Notes: a model not told the origin generated them from the sequence alone. DNA of 17,901 nt from an uncultured archaeon (GCA_964480435.1 CAYZSS010000017.1:1-17901), one strand, 5' to 3'; positions 1 to 7,415 are shown, counted from the stretch's first letter. Translations and numbers: made by a program.

Positions 1-25
1 CTAAAGAATAAAAAAATTATATTTT

Positions 26-307
26 TTATTCCTCAGGATCTGCAGCAAGTTGCTTCTCATCAACTATAAAAACATCACTAACTGCGCCAACTGCACTATA
101 TGGTATTTTTATTACTCTTTCATTTCCTAAATTTAAGCTTTTTATTACTCTTGACTGAATATCTACTTCAACTAACAAGTATTCTATATCTCCGCTTACC
201 TCGTTAACAAGAACATCTATTAATTTTCCTACTTCCTCGCCTCGTCCAGTTATTACTCTTTTTGAAGCCAATTGTTTAGCTATTGTGTATTTATACATTA
301 ACATCAC
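26..307 (-). CDS. PRC-barrel domain protein (93 aa)
   Basis: Intact ORF. The segment KRVITGRGEEVGKLIDVLVNEVSGDIEYLLVE...IKIPYSAV fits the PRC-barrel pattern (G-x-x-v-G-x-v-x-D-v-x-v-x-x-x-sG-x-i-x-x-lvv) typical of small archaeal PRC-barrel proteins. Recognised from memory, no search run. Confidence 0.6.
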   Translation of the reverse strand: MMLMYKYTIAKQLASKRVITGRGEEVGKLIDVLVNEVSGDIEYLLVEVDIQSRVIKSLNLGNERVIKIPYSAVGAVSDVFIVDEKQLAADPEE

Positions 308-556
308 CCTCTCTTCTCAGTATTAATTATAACAATTAAATAAAAAGCTAGGTTATATTTAAATGTTTCCTTAAGGTATTCAAAATAGATTACCCACCCC
401 CCATTGTTCCAGCATTAACTTTCAAAATTAAACTTCTTTTAAACTTCTTTTTATACAAACCAGCTTCACGATAGAAAAGTATTTATATAAGTATTATTTT
501 CTATAATATGTAAGGGATTAGTTCCTTTAGTCAATTAAAAAATTAATTTATACTAT

Positions 557-892
557 ATGGTAGGGGGAATAAAAATGTTAAGATTATCAGAATTGTTTGG
601 AAGAGATATATACACAGATAATGGAGATTATAAAGGTAAGGTATATGATATAGTTGTTAACCTAGAAACAGGTAAATTAGAAACTATAACTACTGAGCCT
701 TTAAAAGTAAAGACAAAGCAACAAGCAAAAAAAATTATTACTGAGAAAAGTATTCCTTATAAGAACGTTTTAGCAGTAAAAGATATTATAATTGTAGCTT
801 CAAAAAATAGAAAAATGGAAGAAATTAGCGGAGTATCCGACGATAAAAAAAAAAGTAATATAAGAGCAGGGGCACTAGTGAGTTATAGGTAA
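557..892 (+). CDS. PRC-barrel domain protein (111 aa from ATG 557; more likely 105 aa from ATG 575)
   Basis: LSELFGRDIYTDNGDYKGKVYDIVVNLETGKLETI...IPYKNVLAVKDIIIV is PRC-barrel-like and paralogous in pattern to the 26-307 ORF. The second ATG (575) follows a purine-rich GGGGGA (563-568) at SD distance. The Lys-rich C-terminal tail is low complexity. Confidence 0.6.
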   Translation: MVGGIKMLRLSELFGRDIYTDNGDYKGKVYDIVVNLETGKLETITTEPLKVKTKQQAKKIITEKSIPYKNVLAVKDIIIVASKNRKMEEISGVSDDKKKSNIRAGALVSYR

Positions 893-1029
893 AATATTTT
901 TACCTTATCTCAAGCTTATTTTTTCCTATTTTTAAGTTTTAAAAAAGATTAAATTATAAACCTTATTATTCTTAATATACATAACTATTTACAAATATAA
1001 TATAATAGATAATACTAGAACAATAGGGT

Positions 1030-1623
1030 GTGACAATGGTAGATGCTTTTTTAGTAAGATATAAAATCAAAGTTTTAGATGAAGTAAAGCATTCTTCTTA
1101 TTTATATCAAAAGCTTTTTAGGGCCATATATGGATACACTCAAGTGGTTTGTAAACAAACAGGTAAAAAATACATTTATCATAGACCAGGGGTTTTGAGT
1201 AAGTTTGCTTTCATAAAAGAAGGTAAAAATGAAATTATAGTTACGAAAGAAGGGTTTTCTTATCTTATTAATTTTTTTAAAACAGGAAAAAATCCAGCCC
1301 ATAACTGGCAAAGTAAGGGAAATTGGACAGCAAGCTACAGTGTAGTAGATATAACTGTAGATGATGCAAAAGTAACTAAATCAGTTGAGAATCAATTAAG
1401 AAATACATACTCTCTTGATAACCAGGGGAACTATAAATTGCTAATTGACATCCTGGAAGAGTTGTCTATGGGTAAGCACATGGATAAGATGTTTCTAAAG
1501 CAGTATGAGCCTATAATAGTCCTTATACAAAGCGGTAAATGGTACGATATTGCCTTTAAAAGAAGTGGATTAGTTAAAAAGTTTGACAAGTTGGTCGGCT
1601 TTTATATTAAATATAAAGGGTAA
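1030..1623 (+). CDS. hypothetical protein (197 aa from GTG 1030; likely starts at ATG 1036)
   Basis: Long ORF with normal composition. GGTGTGAC (1027-1034) lies directly before ATG 1036, so the GTG at 1030 is probably part of the RBS. No family recognised. The N-terminal 85 aa alternate beta-like and helix-like segments (FLVRYKIKV / YLYQKLFRAIYGY / EIIVTKEGFSYLINFF). Confidence 0.55.
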   Translation: MTMVDAFLVRYKIKVLDEVKHSSYLYQKLFRAIYGYTQVVCKQTGKKYIYHRPGVLSKFAFIKEGKNEIIVTKEGFSYLINFFKTGKNPAHNWQSKGNWTASYSVVDITVDDAKVTKSVENQLRNTYSLDNQGNYKLLIDILEELSMGKHMDKMFLKQYEPIIVLIQSGKWYDIAFKRSGLVKKFDKLVGFYIKYKG

Positions 1624-1625
1624 AT

Positions 1626-2114
1626 CTACTTTGTTACTTTTAAACCTGATTTATTTTTTGAAGTAATTACCGCTCTATCCTTATTTATAGATATAAGAAT
1701 CTCTCTTTTTTTCCATTGTCTCTTTCCGCCAATAGAGTTTGTCTCTAATAATCCGATGTCAACAAGTGTTTTTATATAAGGATATAAACTTTTTTCGTTT
1801 TTATATTCAATAAAAAATAGTTGTTTTATTCTGTCTTTTACTGTTTGCATATCAACCCATTCTTCGAAGCCAATAACACTAATTACATGATAGGCCTGAG
1901 TATTTTTTAAAGGATCTATATAATTCCATAAATCGTCTACAACAGAGTCATCTTCTTCTTCTTCTTCAGGTTCGTTATGTACAAGTTTAACAGGCAAATT
2001 AGTTATTATGTTTTTCTGTTTATTTTCTAGAATTGGCTTGTTTTCCTCTTCAAGTTGTAACTTTGTTTCTTTTTTCCCAAAAAAATTTCTTAATTTATTA
2101 AATAAACCCATCAT
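1626..2114 (-). CDS. hypothetical protein with an acidic disordered N-terminus and a possible winged-helix C-terminal domain (162 aa)
   Basis: Intact ORF, convergent with the 1030-1623 ORF across a 2-nt gap. The N-terminal 60 aa are low complexity (EPEEEEEDD). The C-terminal part (LYPYIKTLVDIGLLETNSIGGKRQWKKREILI) looks like a recognition helix plus wing of a wHTH. That reading is inference only. Confidence 0.5.
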   Translation of the reverse strand: MMGLFNKLRNFFGKKETKLQLEEENKPILENKQKNIITNLPVKLVHNEPEEEEEDDSVVDDLWNYIDPLKNTQAYHVISVIGFEEWVDMQTVKDRIKQLFFIEYKNEKSLYPYIKTLVDIGLLETNSIGGKRQWKKREILISINKDRAVITSKNKSGLKVTK

Positions 2115-2123
2115 TGATCACTG

Positions 2124-2204
2124 GTAATTACGGTTATTACAATAATTACACGGGAGTATTTATAATAATTACTGTAATTACCGACAGTAATTACCGTTAT
2201 TACC
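2124..2204. repeat. seven 9-bp units RTWATTACN in tandem blocks (2124-2150 x3; 2165-2182 x2; 2187-2204 x2)
   Basis: Read directly: GTAATTACG GTTATTACA ATAATTACA; ATAATTACT GTAATTACC; GTAATTACC GTTATTACC. The core GTAATTAC is its own reverse complement. The blocks bracket a TATA-like TTATAAATA (minus-strand sense, about 2158-2168) upstream of the 1626-2114 gene, whose start codon ends at 2114. One isolated extra copy lies at 2288-2295. Confidence 0.85.
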
Positions 2205-2445
2205 TTATTTTGAGATGATATTGCGAAAATAAACGGATTTATTAGAAAAACAGCAAAAAACATAGTTAATTATGTGAGGTTTTTCATGTAATTACTTTTA
2301 AAAATACCTGCACTTACTCTTATTTTTTAATAAAAAGTTAACTTTTGGTAACTAAAAGCAACAAAAATCAAACAAAAGTAATATGTCCAACAAATTGTGT
2401 AAAAGCACATTAAAAAATTAAATAAAATACAACAAAAATAGGCCG

Positions 2446-2481
2446 GTAACTACAGTAATTACCGTTATTACCGTAATTACT
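2446..2481. repeat. four tandem 9-bp units (GTAACTACA GTAATTACC GTTATTACC GTAATTACT)
   Basis: Read directly. 2452-2472 (ACAGTAATTACCGTTATTACC) is a perfect 21-nt direct copy of 2184-2204. The block ends about 30 nt from the 3' end of the tRNA gene. Confidence 0.85.
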
Positions 2482-2511
2482 CAGTTAAGTTGTTAATCAT
2501 TTAAAAAGAAG

Positions 2512-2586
2512 TAGCGGGGGTTGGATTTGAACCAACGACCTCCGGGTTATGAGCCCGGCGGGCACTCCAGGCTGCCCTACCCCGCT
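2512..2586 (-). tRNA. initiator tRNA-Met (anticodon CAT), 75 nt, no intron, CCA not encoded
   Basis: The minus strand reads AGCGGGG TA GGGC AGCCTGGAGT GCCC G CCGGG CTCATAA CCCGG AGGTC GTTGG TTCAAAT CCAAC CCCCGCT A, a full cloverleaf. The A1:U72 pair and three consecutive G:C pairs at the base of the anticodon stem (G29-31:C39-41) are the archaeal initiator signature. Confidence 0.92.
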
Positions 2587-2608
2587 AAGTTATATCTATT
2601 AGATAGCT

Positions 2609-3154
2609 TTACTTTTTATTCCTTTCCCTAATGAAACTGGATAAAATTGCATTTTCATTTTCTATATTTGCTATTAGTTCTTTAATTTCGCTTTGTTTTT
2701 TTGCTTGATCTAAAACATTTAAATTTTCGTTACACATCGGGCAATAGAAATTATAATGTGCTGCAACTTCAAATTCAAAATCCTTGCATTTATTTGTACA
2801 AGTAAACATTTGGTATTCTTCATACTTTTTGCAACTGATTTTTAAGCTATCAAGTTTATCCAGGTTGTTTATTAAAACAAGTTTAGCTAATTTTTCGTAA
2901 TCCATATGCCACTTAAAAGTAAACCAGCCGGAATTTTCATTTTTTATTTTATCATAATTTACTATTCCATAAAAATGTAGTTTATTTAGTATGGATCTTA
3001 TTACTGTAATTTTGCAATCTAAATGTTGTGTAAAAAAATCATCTGAAGTAGTATCAGGGTATTTTCCCCAAATATTTATTAATTGACTTGCTGCGGTATC
3101 TACGTTTTTCAAATAATTTTGAACACTCCCCAGATTTAAAATCTTCGCAGCCAT
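2609..3154 (-). CDS. tfe: transcription factor E, alpha subunit (TFE / TFIIE-alpha homologue)
   Basis: 181 aa. Winged-helix part ITVIRSILNKLHFYGIVNYDKIKNENSGWFTFKWHMDYEKL carries the GW..F.W signature. It is followed by a Cys4 zinc ribbon (CTNKC ... CPMC). The T/A-rich box about 25 nt upstream of the ATG is compatible with a leaderless mRNA. Confidence 0.75.
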   Translation of the reverse strand: MAAKILNLGSVQNYLKNVDTAASQLINIWGKYPDTTSDDFFTQHLDCKITVIRSILNKLHFYGIVNYDKIKNENSGWFTFKWHMDYEKLAKLVLINNLDKLDSLKISCKKYEEYQMFTCTNKCKDFEFEVAAHYNFYCPMCNENLNVLDQAKKQSEIKELIANIENENAILSSFIRERNKK

Positions 3155-3205
3155 ACTAGAAACTAGCTACATTTTTTTTAAAAAGCGATATGTGATTATA
3201 CATAA

Positions 3206-4957
3206 CTAGTAAATATAGTAATTACTACTTCTTTTTTGTTCTTTATCTTTTGCAGAATCAAATTTATTTACTCTCGGCCTGCCTGATTTTGCATCTTTTC
3301 TATAAGTAATATTTAAAATTTTTAAAAATTCATTCATGCCTGCTTTTTTTTCTTTAGGTTTTGTGCAAAAACCATTTTTTCCTGGTTCTCCATCAAATAC
3401 AAGTAGTTTATCAGAAATGAAATCTATAAACAAAATATCATGGTCAACAATAAATGCTGCTTTTTTTCTTTTTGCGATAATACTTTGTACTATTTTTGCG
3501 ATATTTAACTTTTCTTCAACATCTAAAAAAGCAGATGGTTCATCTAAAAGATAAAGATCGGCATTAGTAGCGAGTATTTTTGCAATCCATATTTTTTGTA
3601 AGGTACCTGTATTTAATTCATCAAGATAAAGATCCTCAATTTCATTTATTTTTAATTTAAACCAAATTTCTGACATAAGAAGTTCAGTATTTGTATTTTT
3701 AAAAAAATCTTTTACTTTTATATGTTCTGAATAAATGTCTTGTGGTTTATATGCCATTGTTTTGTTTAAAGTACTGTTGTTTTTGTCATCAGAATATTCA
3801 TCGCCAGTAAGCAATTTTATAAAAGTTGTTTTTCCTATGCCATTTTCCCCTATTATTCCCACAATTTCCCCCTCATAGATATCACCTGATTCTGCTTCTA
3901 GGGAAAAATCTGTGAATGTTTTTGTCATTTTGGGGTAGCTAAAAAATAAATTAGTTTTTTTTGCTTGTTCATCTCGGTAATAAAAATTTATTTCATAATC
4001 TCGGAACCTTAAGTTTTCATCGCTAATAAAACCATCTAGAAATTCGTTTATTGCCTGGTTTGTGCTTTTTATGCTTGATACAACCCCATAGGCGTGGGCT
4101 TTTCCAAATAAGATATGCAAATAATCACAAAGATAATCCAGTAAAGCTAAGTCATGTTCTACAATCAAGTTTGTATCCTTTAATTCGTTAATTAAATTTG
4201 CAAAAATAAATCTTTGTTTTATATCTAAAAATGAAGAAGGTTCATCATAAAAGTATATACTTGCCTTTTTTATAATTGTTGCGGCAATAGCTACTTTTTG
4301 TAATTCTCCACCCGAAAGAGTTGAAACTTCTTTATTAATCATATTTTGCATTTTTAATAATTTTACGACTTCTTCAAGTTTGTTCCTTTCGTCTACTTTT
4401 TTCAATAAGTCTATAACTTTTCCAGTAACTGTTTCTTTTATTCCGTTGATATTTTGTGGTTTATATGCTACCTTCATCTTTTTTTCCGCAATATCAATAA
4501 AGGTCTGTTGCAGTTCTTTTCCTTTATAATAATTAATAATTTTTTCGTAATTACCCCCCTCTTCGTAATTACCTAAGTTTGGGACAATATTTCCTGAGTA
4601 AATATTTAATATTGTTGATTTACCAGTTCCATTTTTTCCTATTAACCCTACAGAGTTGCTATTTCTAATGAAGGGCAATCTAAATAATCTAAACTTATTT
4701 TTCCCATATTGGTGTGTTGGGTCATTTAAATCAATTGACAAATTGATTATATCTATTGCATTGAATGGGCACTTTTTTGGGCAGATTCCACACCCACTAC
4801 ATAGGTCCTCAGAAATATGTACTTTTTTATCATTATCATCATAATAAATTGCCTCTTTACCCATCCTGATTACCGGACAGATGTTATAGCAGGCAAATCC
4901 GCAACTTTCTTTTCTACATTTTTTATAATCAATAATGGCAATTCTCTTTTTTTGCAT
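3206..4957 (-). CDS. abce1: ABCE1 / RNase L inhibitor homologue (ribosome-recycling ATPase)
   Basis: 583 aa. N-terminal double 4Fe-4S domain (CRKESCGFACYNICP; CSGCGICPKKCPFNAI). Two ABC NBDs: Walker A GKNGTGKST and GENGIGKTT, Walker B FYDEPSS and LLDEPSA, signature LSGGELQK in NBD1, H-loops VEHD and VDHD. Confidence 0.95.
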   Translation of the reverse strand: MQKKRIAIIDYKKCRKESCGFACYNICPVIRMGKEAIYYDDNDKKVHISEDLCSGCGICPKKCPFNAIDIINLSIDLNDPTHQYGKNKFRLFRLPFIRNSNSVGLIGKNGTGKSTILNIYSGNIVPNLGNYEEGGNYEKIINYYKGKELQQTFIDIAEKKMKVAYKPQNINGIKETVTGKVIDLLKKVDERNKLEEVVKLLKMQNMINKEVSTLSGGELQKVAIAATIIKKASIYFYDEPSSFLDIKQRFIFANLINELKDTNLIVEHDLALLDYLCDYLHILFGKAHAYGVVSSIKSTNQAINEFLDGFISDENLRFRDYEINFYYRDEQAKKTNLFFSYPKMTKTFTDFSLEAESGDIYEGEIVGIIGENGIGKTTFIKLLTGDEYSDDKNNSTLNKTMAYKPQDIYSEHIKVKDFFKNTNTELLMSEIWFKLKINEIEDLYLDELNTGTLQKIWIAKILATNADLYLLDEPSAFLDVEEKLNIAKIVQSIIAKRKKAAFIVDHDILFIDFISDKLLVFDGEPGKNGFCTKPKEKKAGMNEFLKILNITYRKDAKSGRPRVNKFDSAKDKEQKRSSNYYIY

Positions 4958-5009
4958 ATTTATATTTTCTAGGGATACTGTTAAAAAATAATCTCTTTAA
5001 AATTCATAT

Positions 5010-6044
5010 ATGAGATATTCTATTTTACAAAAAGAAGTAAAAATTATACTAACTCCTGAAAACCTAGATGACCTTTGGATTGTATACAATATCGTACAAA
5101 ACGATGATCTAATTTCTGCAAAGACTACTAGACGTTTTAGAGTGGATAACTCAAAAGATAGCGAAAAAAAAACTGTTTTTGTAAAAATAAAATTAGAAAA
5201 AAAAGAACTTGACTTTGAGACTGGACATGTTAAGTTTACTGGCCAAATTACTGACGGAACCCCTATTGAATTTGTGGACGTTGGATCATACCACACTCTT
5301 GATATAGAGCCAGGAGACCAAGTTAAAATTGAAAAGACTGCTTTTTTAGGGTATGAAAGAGACTTTCTAGAGTCTTCAAAAAACAGCACCCTGGGTCCAA
5401 AAATATTAGCTATTGTTTTAGATGATGAATCTGCAACAATCGCAGAAATCAATTATAGTAATTATAATGTGATAGCCAGAGCTAATTCTAAGAACAAAGG
5501 AAAACGTTATGCAGTAGATGAAGATAAAACTTATTTTAAGGAAATTTATGACACTCTAAAAAATCAAAAATATGACTTATTGGTTTGTGCAGGCCCTGGA
5601 TTTGAAAAAGAAAAAGTGTTGTTATATCTAAAAGAAAAAGGATTAAAATCAAAAAATACTATTGTTGGTTTAAATGGGGTTGGAACGAATGGCCTATTAG
5701 AATTAATTAAAAGCAAGGCCTTATCTAATGTTCTGCAAGATTTTAAAATATCCCAAGATATAGAAAAAATGAATTTTGTATTGCACAAAATAACCAAAGA
5801 CAAAAGCAATATTGTTTATGGTGAAAAAGATATTGAAAATATATTAGAAAACCAAATAACTGCCATATCGGAGTTAATAGTTTCAACAGATTATTTCAAT
5901 AAAAACTTTTTAAAAATAAAACCATATTTTTTAAAGTTAACAGGGCAAGGAGCAAGAATCCATCTTATTGATTCAAAAAACGACGCAGGAAAAATTCTTG
6001 AAGGTTTAGGCTCTTTAATACTAGTGTTACATTATTCAATCTAA
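5010..6044 (+). CDS. pelA: Pelota (Dom34 homologue), mRNA surveillance / stalled-ribosome rescue factor
   Basis: 344 aa. N-terminus ...KIILTPENLDDLWIVYNIVQNDDLISAKTTRR matches the conserved Pelota N-domain. The eRF1-like central and C-terminal layout and the length are typical. Confidence 0.9.
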   Translation: MRYSILQKEVKIILTPENLDDLWIVYNIVQNDDLISAKTTRRFRVDNSKDSEKKTVFVKIKLEKKELDFETGHVKFTGQITDGTPIEFVDVGSYHTLDIEPGDQVKIEKTAFLGYERDFLESSKNSTLGPKILAIVLDDESATIAEINYSNYNVIARANSKNKGKRYAVDEDKTYFKEIYDTLKNQKYDLLVCAGPGFEKEKVLLYLKEKGLKSKNTIVGLNGVGTNGLLELIKSKALSNVLQDFKISQDIEKMNFVLHKITKDKSNIVYGEKDIENILENQITAISELIVSTDYFNKNFLKIKPYFLKLTGQGARIHLIDSKNDAGKILEGLGSLILVLHYSI

Positions 6045-6394
6045 ATATCATAATTTTTCTTAGTGCTTTTGTATTCTTCTAAAAACAGATTAGTAAACTC
6101 ACCGGCGTAGTATATTTCTTTATTATTTATTTTTGTCTTATTTAGCAATTTTATGCTTACAAGCATATTCAATAGTAATTCTAGATCGGCTAATTCGATT
6201 CTATGAAATGAATCTGACGCCAAAATCTCTTTAATTGTGGCCCCGGACTTCGATAAAAAAGAAAGCAAGTTTATACATAATTTTGATTTAGCAATAGCAT
6301 ACTGTTTAGGGTATTTTTGTACATATTCAATAAAATTATACTCCATTTTTATCCCTTTTTTAGTATTTTTCTTCAGAAACGTATATAAAAGCAA
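6041..6394 (-). CDS. hypothetical small protein, possibly winged-helix (117 aa; likely 101 aa from ATG 6346)
   Basis: ORF overlapping the Pelota stop by 4 nt, convergent. The segment LSKSGATIKEILASDSF...LLNMLVSIKLLNK resembles an HTH plus wing. The upstream 16 codons run into the rpoK promoter region, so the internal Met at 6346 is the more plausible start. Confidence 0.4.
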   Translation of the reverse strand: MLLYTFLKKNTKKGIKMEYNFIEYVQKYPKQYAIAKSKLCINLLSFLSKSGATIKEILASDSFHRIELADLELLLNMLVSIKLLNKTKINNKEIYYAGEFTNLFLEEYKSTKKNYDI

Positions 6395-6627
6395 TGGGTA
6401 TAATAGATAATATTATACTTATTTATATAGGTGATGCTTTGGAACAATCAAAATTTGAAAAGACAAGATTACTATCTACGCGGTCATTACAGATCTCAGA
6501 TAATGCTCCGCCACAAGTAAATGCAGAAATTAAGGATACTCCTTATGAAGTAGCATTAAAAGAATACGCGGAAAAGAAAATACCTTTAAAGGTAGTAAAA
6601 TACAAATTGGATGGCACAAGAGAGTAG
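6394..6627 (+). CDS. rpoK: DNA-directed RNA polymerase subunit Rpo6 (RpoK)
   Basis: SKFEKTRLLSTRSLQISDNAPPQV...TPYEVALKEYAEKKIPLKVV matches the RPB6/RpoK core (tRFEkARiiGaRAlQis.gAp ... a..El..g.iP). The likely real start is TTG 6439, preceded by AGGTGA (6429-6434), giving about 62 aa as in other archaea. ATG 6394 lies only about 10 nt after a TATA-like box. Confidence 0.85.
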   Translation: MGIIDNIILIYIGDALEQSKFEKTRLLSTRSLQISDNAPPQVNAEIKDTPYEVALKEYAEKKIPLKVVKYKLDGTRE

Positions 6628-6639
6628 AGGTGTATAATT

Positions 6640-6840
6640 ATGGGTAAATCAATGTTAAAACCATTAAAGTCAAAAGCTGATGTAATGATAGAGGCACTTG
6701 GAGAAAATATTACTGCTGATTTTGAAAACAACAAGAAAAAAGTTAAAGAGCTTGATCTTCCAATAACAAAAACAAATAGAAATAAAATTTCTGGGTATAT
6801 GTCAAGACAAAAGAAAAGAGGCAAAAAAAGTAGCATTTAA
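6640..6840 (+). CDS. rps17e: 30S ribosomal protein eS17 (S17e)
   Basis: 66 aa. MGK...ADFENNKKKVKEL...NRNKISGYMSR matches the archaeal S17e pattern (MG...DFE.NKK...RN.IAGY.TR). GAGGTG Shine-Dalgarno lies 7 nt upstream. Confidence 0.8.
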   Translation: MGKSMLKPLKSKADVMIEALGENITADFENNKKKVKELDLPITKTNRNKISGYMSRQKKRGKKSSI

Positions 6841-7415
6841 ATTTTTAATATTGCCTTACAAAAATTTTTTAAATCAATATAATTTTTTTCTAATTTTTTA
6901 TTTGCTTTAGCTATCATAATAGCTAATTGTTTATCATCTAATATTTGATTTTCATTTATTTTTATGGGTAAGCTTAAATATTGGGATCCAACTAGCTCTA
7001 TAAGATATTTATTGTCTTTAATGTAAAAAATACCTCCTCTTCTAATGCCCGAATCAGTTTTTATTTTTAACATTTTTTTTGCGGTTTCTAAATCTCTTAC
7101 TCCAAAATGAAATATAAAGGGTTCTTGTTTAAGCCAAAGTTCTTCAAATTTATTATTAAGTAACGCGTTCTTTATTTCTTTAATTGATACCTTGTTGTGC
7201 TTCTTGAAAACAAATAGTTTGGGTTTTTTCGTTTCTTCTTGGTCGAGGCCAATAACCATTATTCTTCCCGCACAGCAACTGGACGTATAAATATTCTCTT
7301 TTTTATTAATTTTTTTAAGAAACGGTATAAGTTGCTTGTCTACATAACCTTTCTCTAAAGCTACAGAAAATTTAGATAGGTTGCTTTTCTTACACATTTC
7401 AAATCTGGAATCCAT
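6837..7415 (-). CDS. taw3: tRNA wybutosine/wyosine biosynthesis methyltransferase Taw3 (TYW3 family)
   Basis: 192 aa. N-terminal FE..K...L...GYVDKQLIPFLKKIN and the TSSCCAGRI motif correspond to the TYW3 SSCSGRI signature. The length is typical. Confidence 0.65.
   Translation of the reverse strand: MDSRFEMCKKSNLSKFSVALEKGYVDKQLIPFLKKINKKENIYTSSCCAGRIMVIGLDQEETKKPKLFVFKKHNKVSIKEIKNALLNNKFEELWLKQEPFIFHFGVRDLETAKKMLKIKTDSGIRRGGIFYIKDNKYLIELVGSQYLSLPIKINENQILDDKQLAIMIAKANKKLEKNYIDLKNFCKAILKI

Noticed and set aside
430-451. Tandem 11-mer AAACTTCTTTT x2 in the PRC-barrel intergenic region
   Set aside because: It has only two copies of low-complexity sequence, which is insufficient to call a regulatory repeat. 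It is mentioned only under the PRC-barrel finding.
888-904. GGTAAAA-TAT-TTTTACC hairpin over the stop codon of the second PRC-barrel gene, considered as a terminator
   Set aside because: It is an A/T-only 7-bp stem of a kind expected by chance in this composition. Archaeal termination relies mainly on T-runs, so it was not annotated.
1102-1311. 69-aa minus-strand ORF inside the 197-aa gene
   Set aside because: It is antisense to a longer ORF with better composition, has a Phe/Ile/Lys-rich product typical of shadow frames in AT-rich DNA, and has no RBS.
2124-2481. 9-mer repeat blocks as a CRISPR array
   Set aside because: The units are 9 bp and directly abutting with no spacers, far from CRISPR repeat and spacer dimensions. 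No cas genes are present.
1030-2586. Integrated mobile element using the tRNAi-Met 3' end as an attachment site
   Set aside because: No integrase or transposase is present, and I could not find a duplicate of the tRNA 3' segment at lower coordinates. The 21-nt direct repeats enclose only 247 bp of non-coding A/T DNA.
3336-4844. Plus-strand ORFs 3336-3554 and 4656-4844 inside abce1
   Set aside because: They are antisense to a confidently identified conserved gene, with low-complexity hydrophobic products.
4997-5809. Minus-strand ORFs 4997-5452 and 5564-5809 inside the Pelota gene
   Set aside because: They are antisense shadows of a confidently identified gene. The Ser/Phe-rich products have no recognisable motifs.
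6543-6836. 97-aa minus-strand ORF across rpoK and rps17e
   Set aside because: It overlaps two conserved genes on the opposite strand, and its product is hydrophobic and low complexity.
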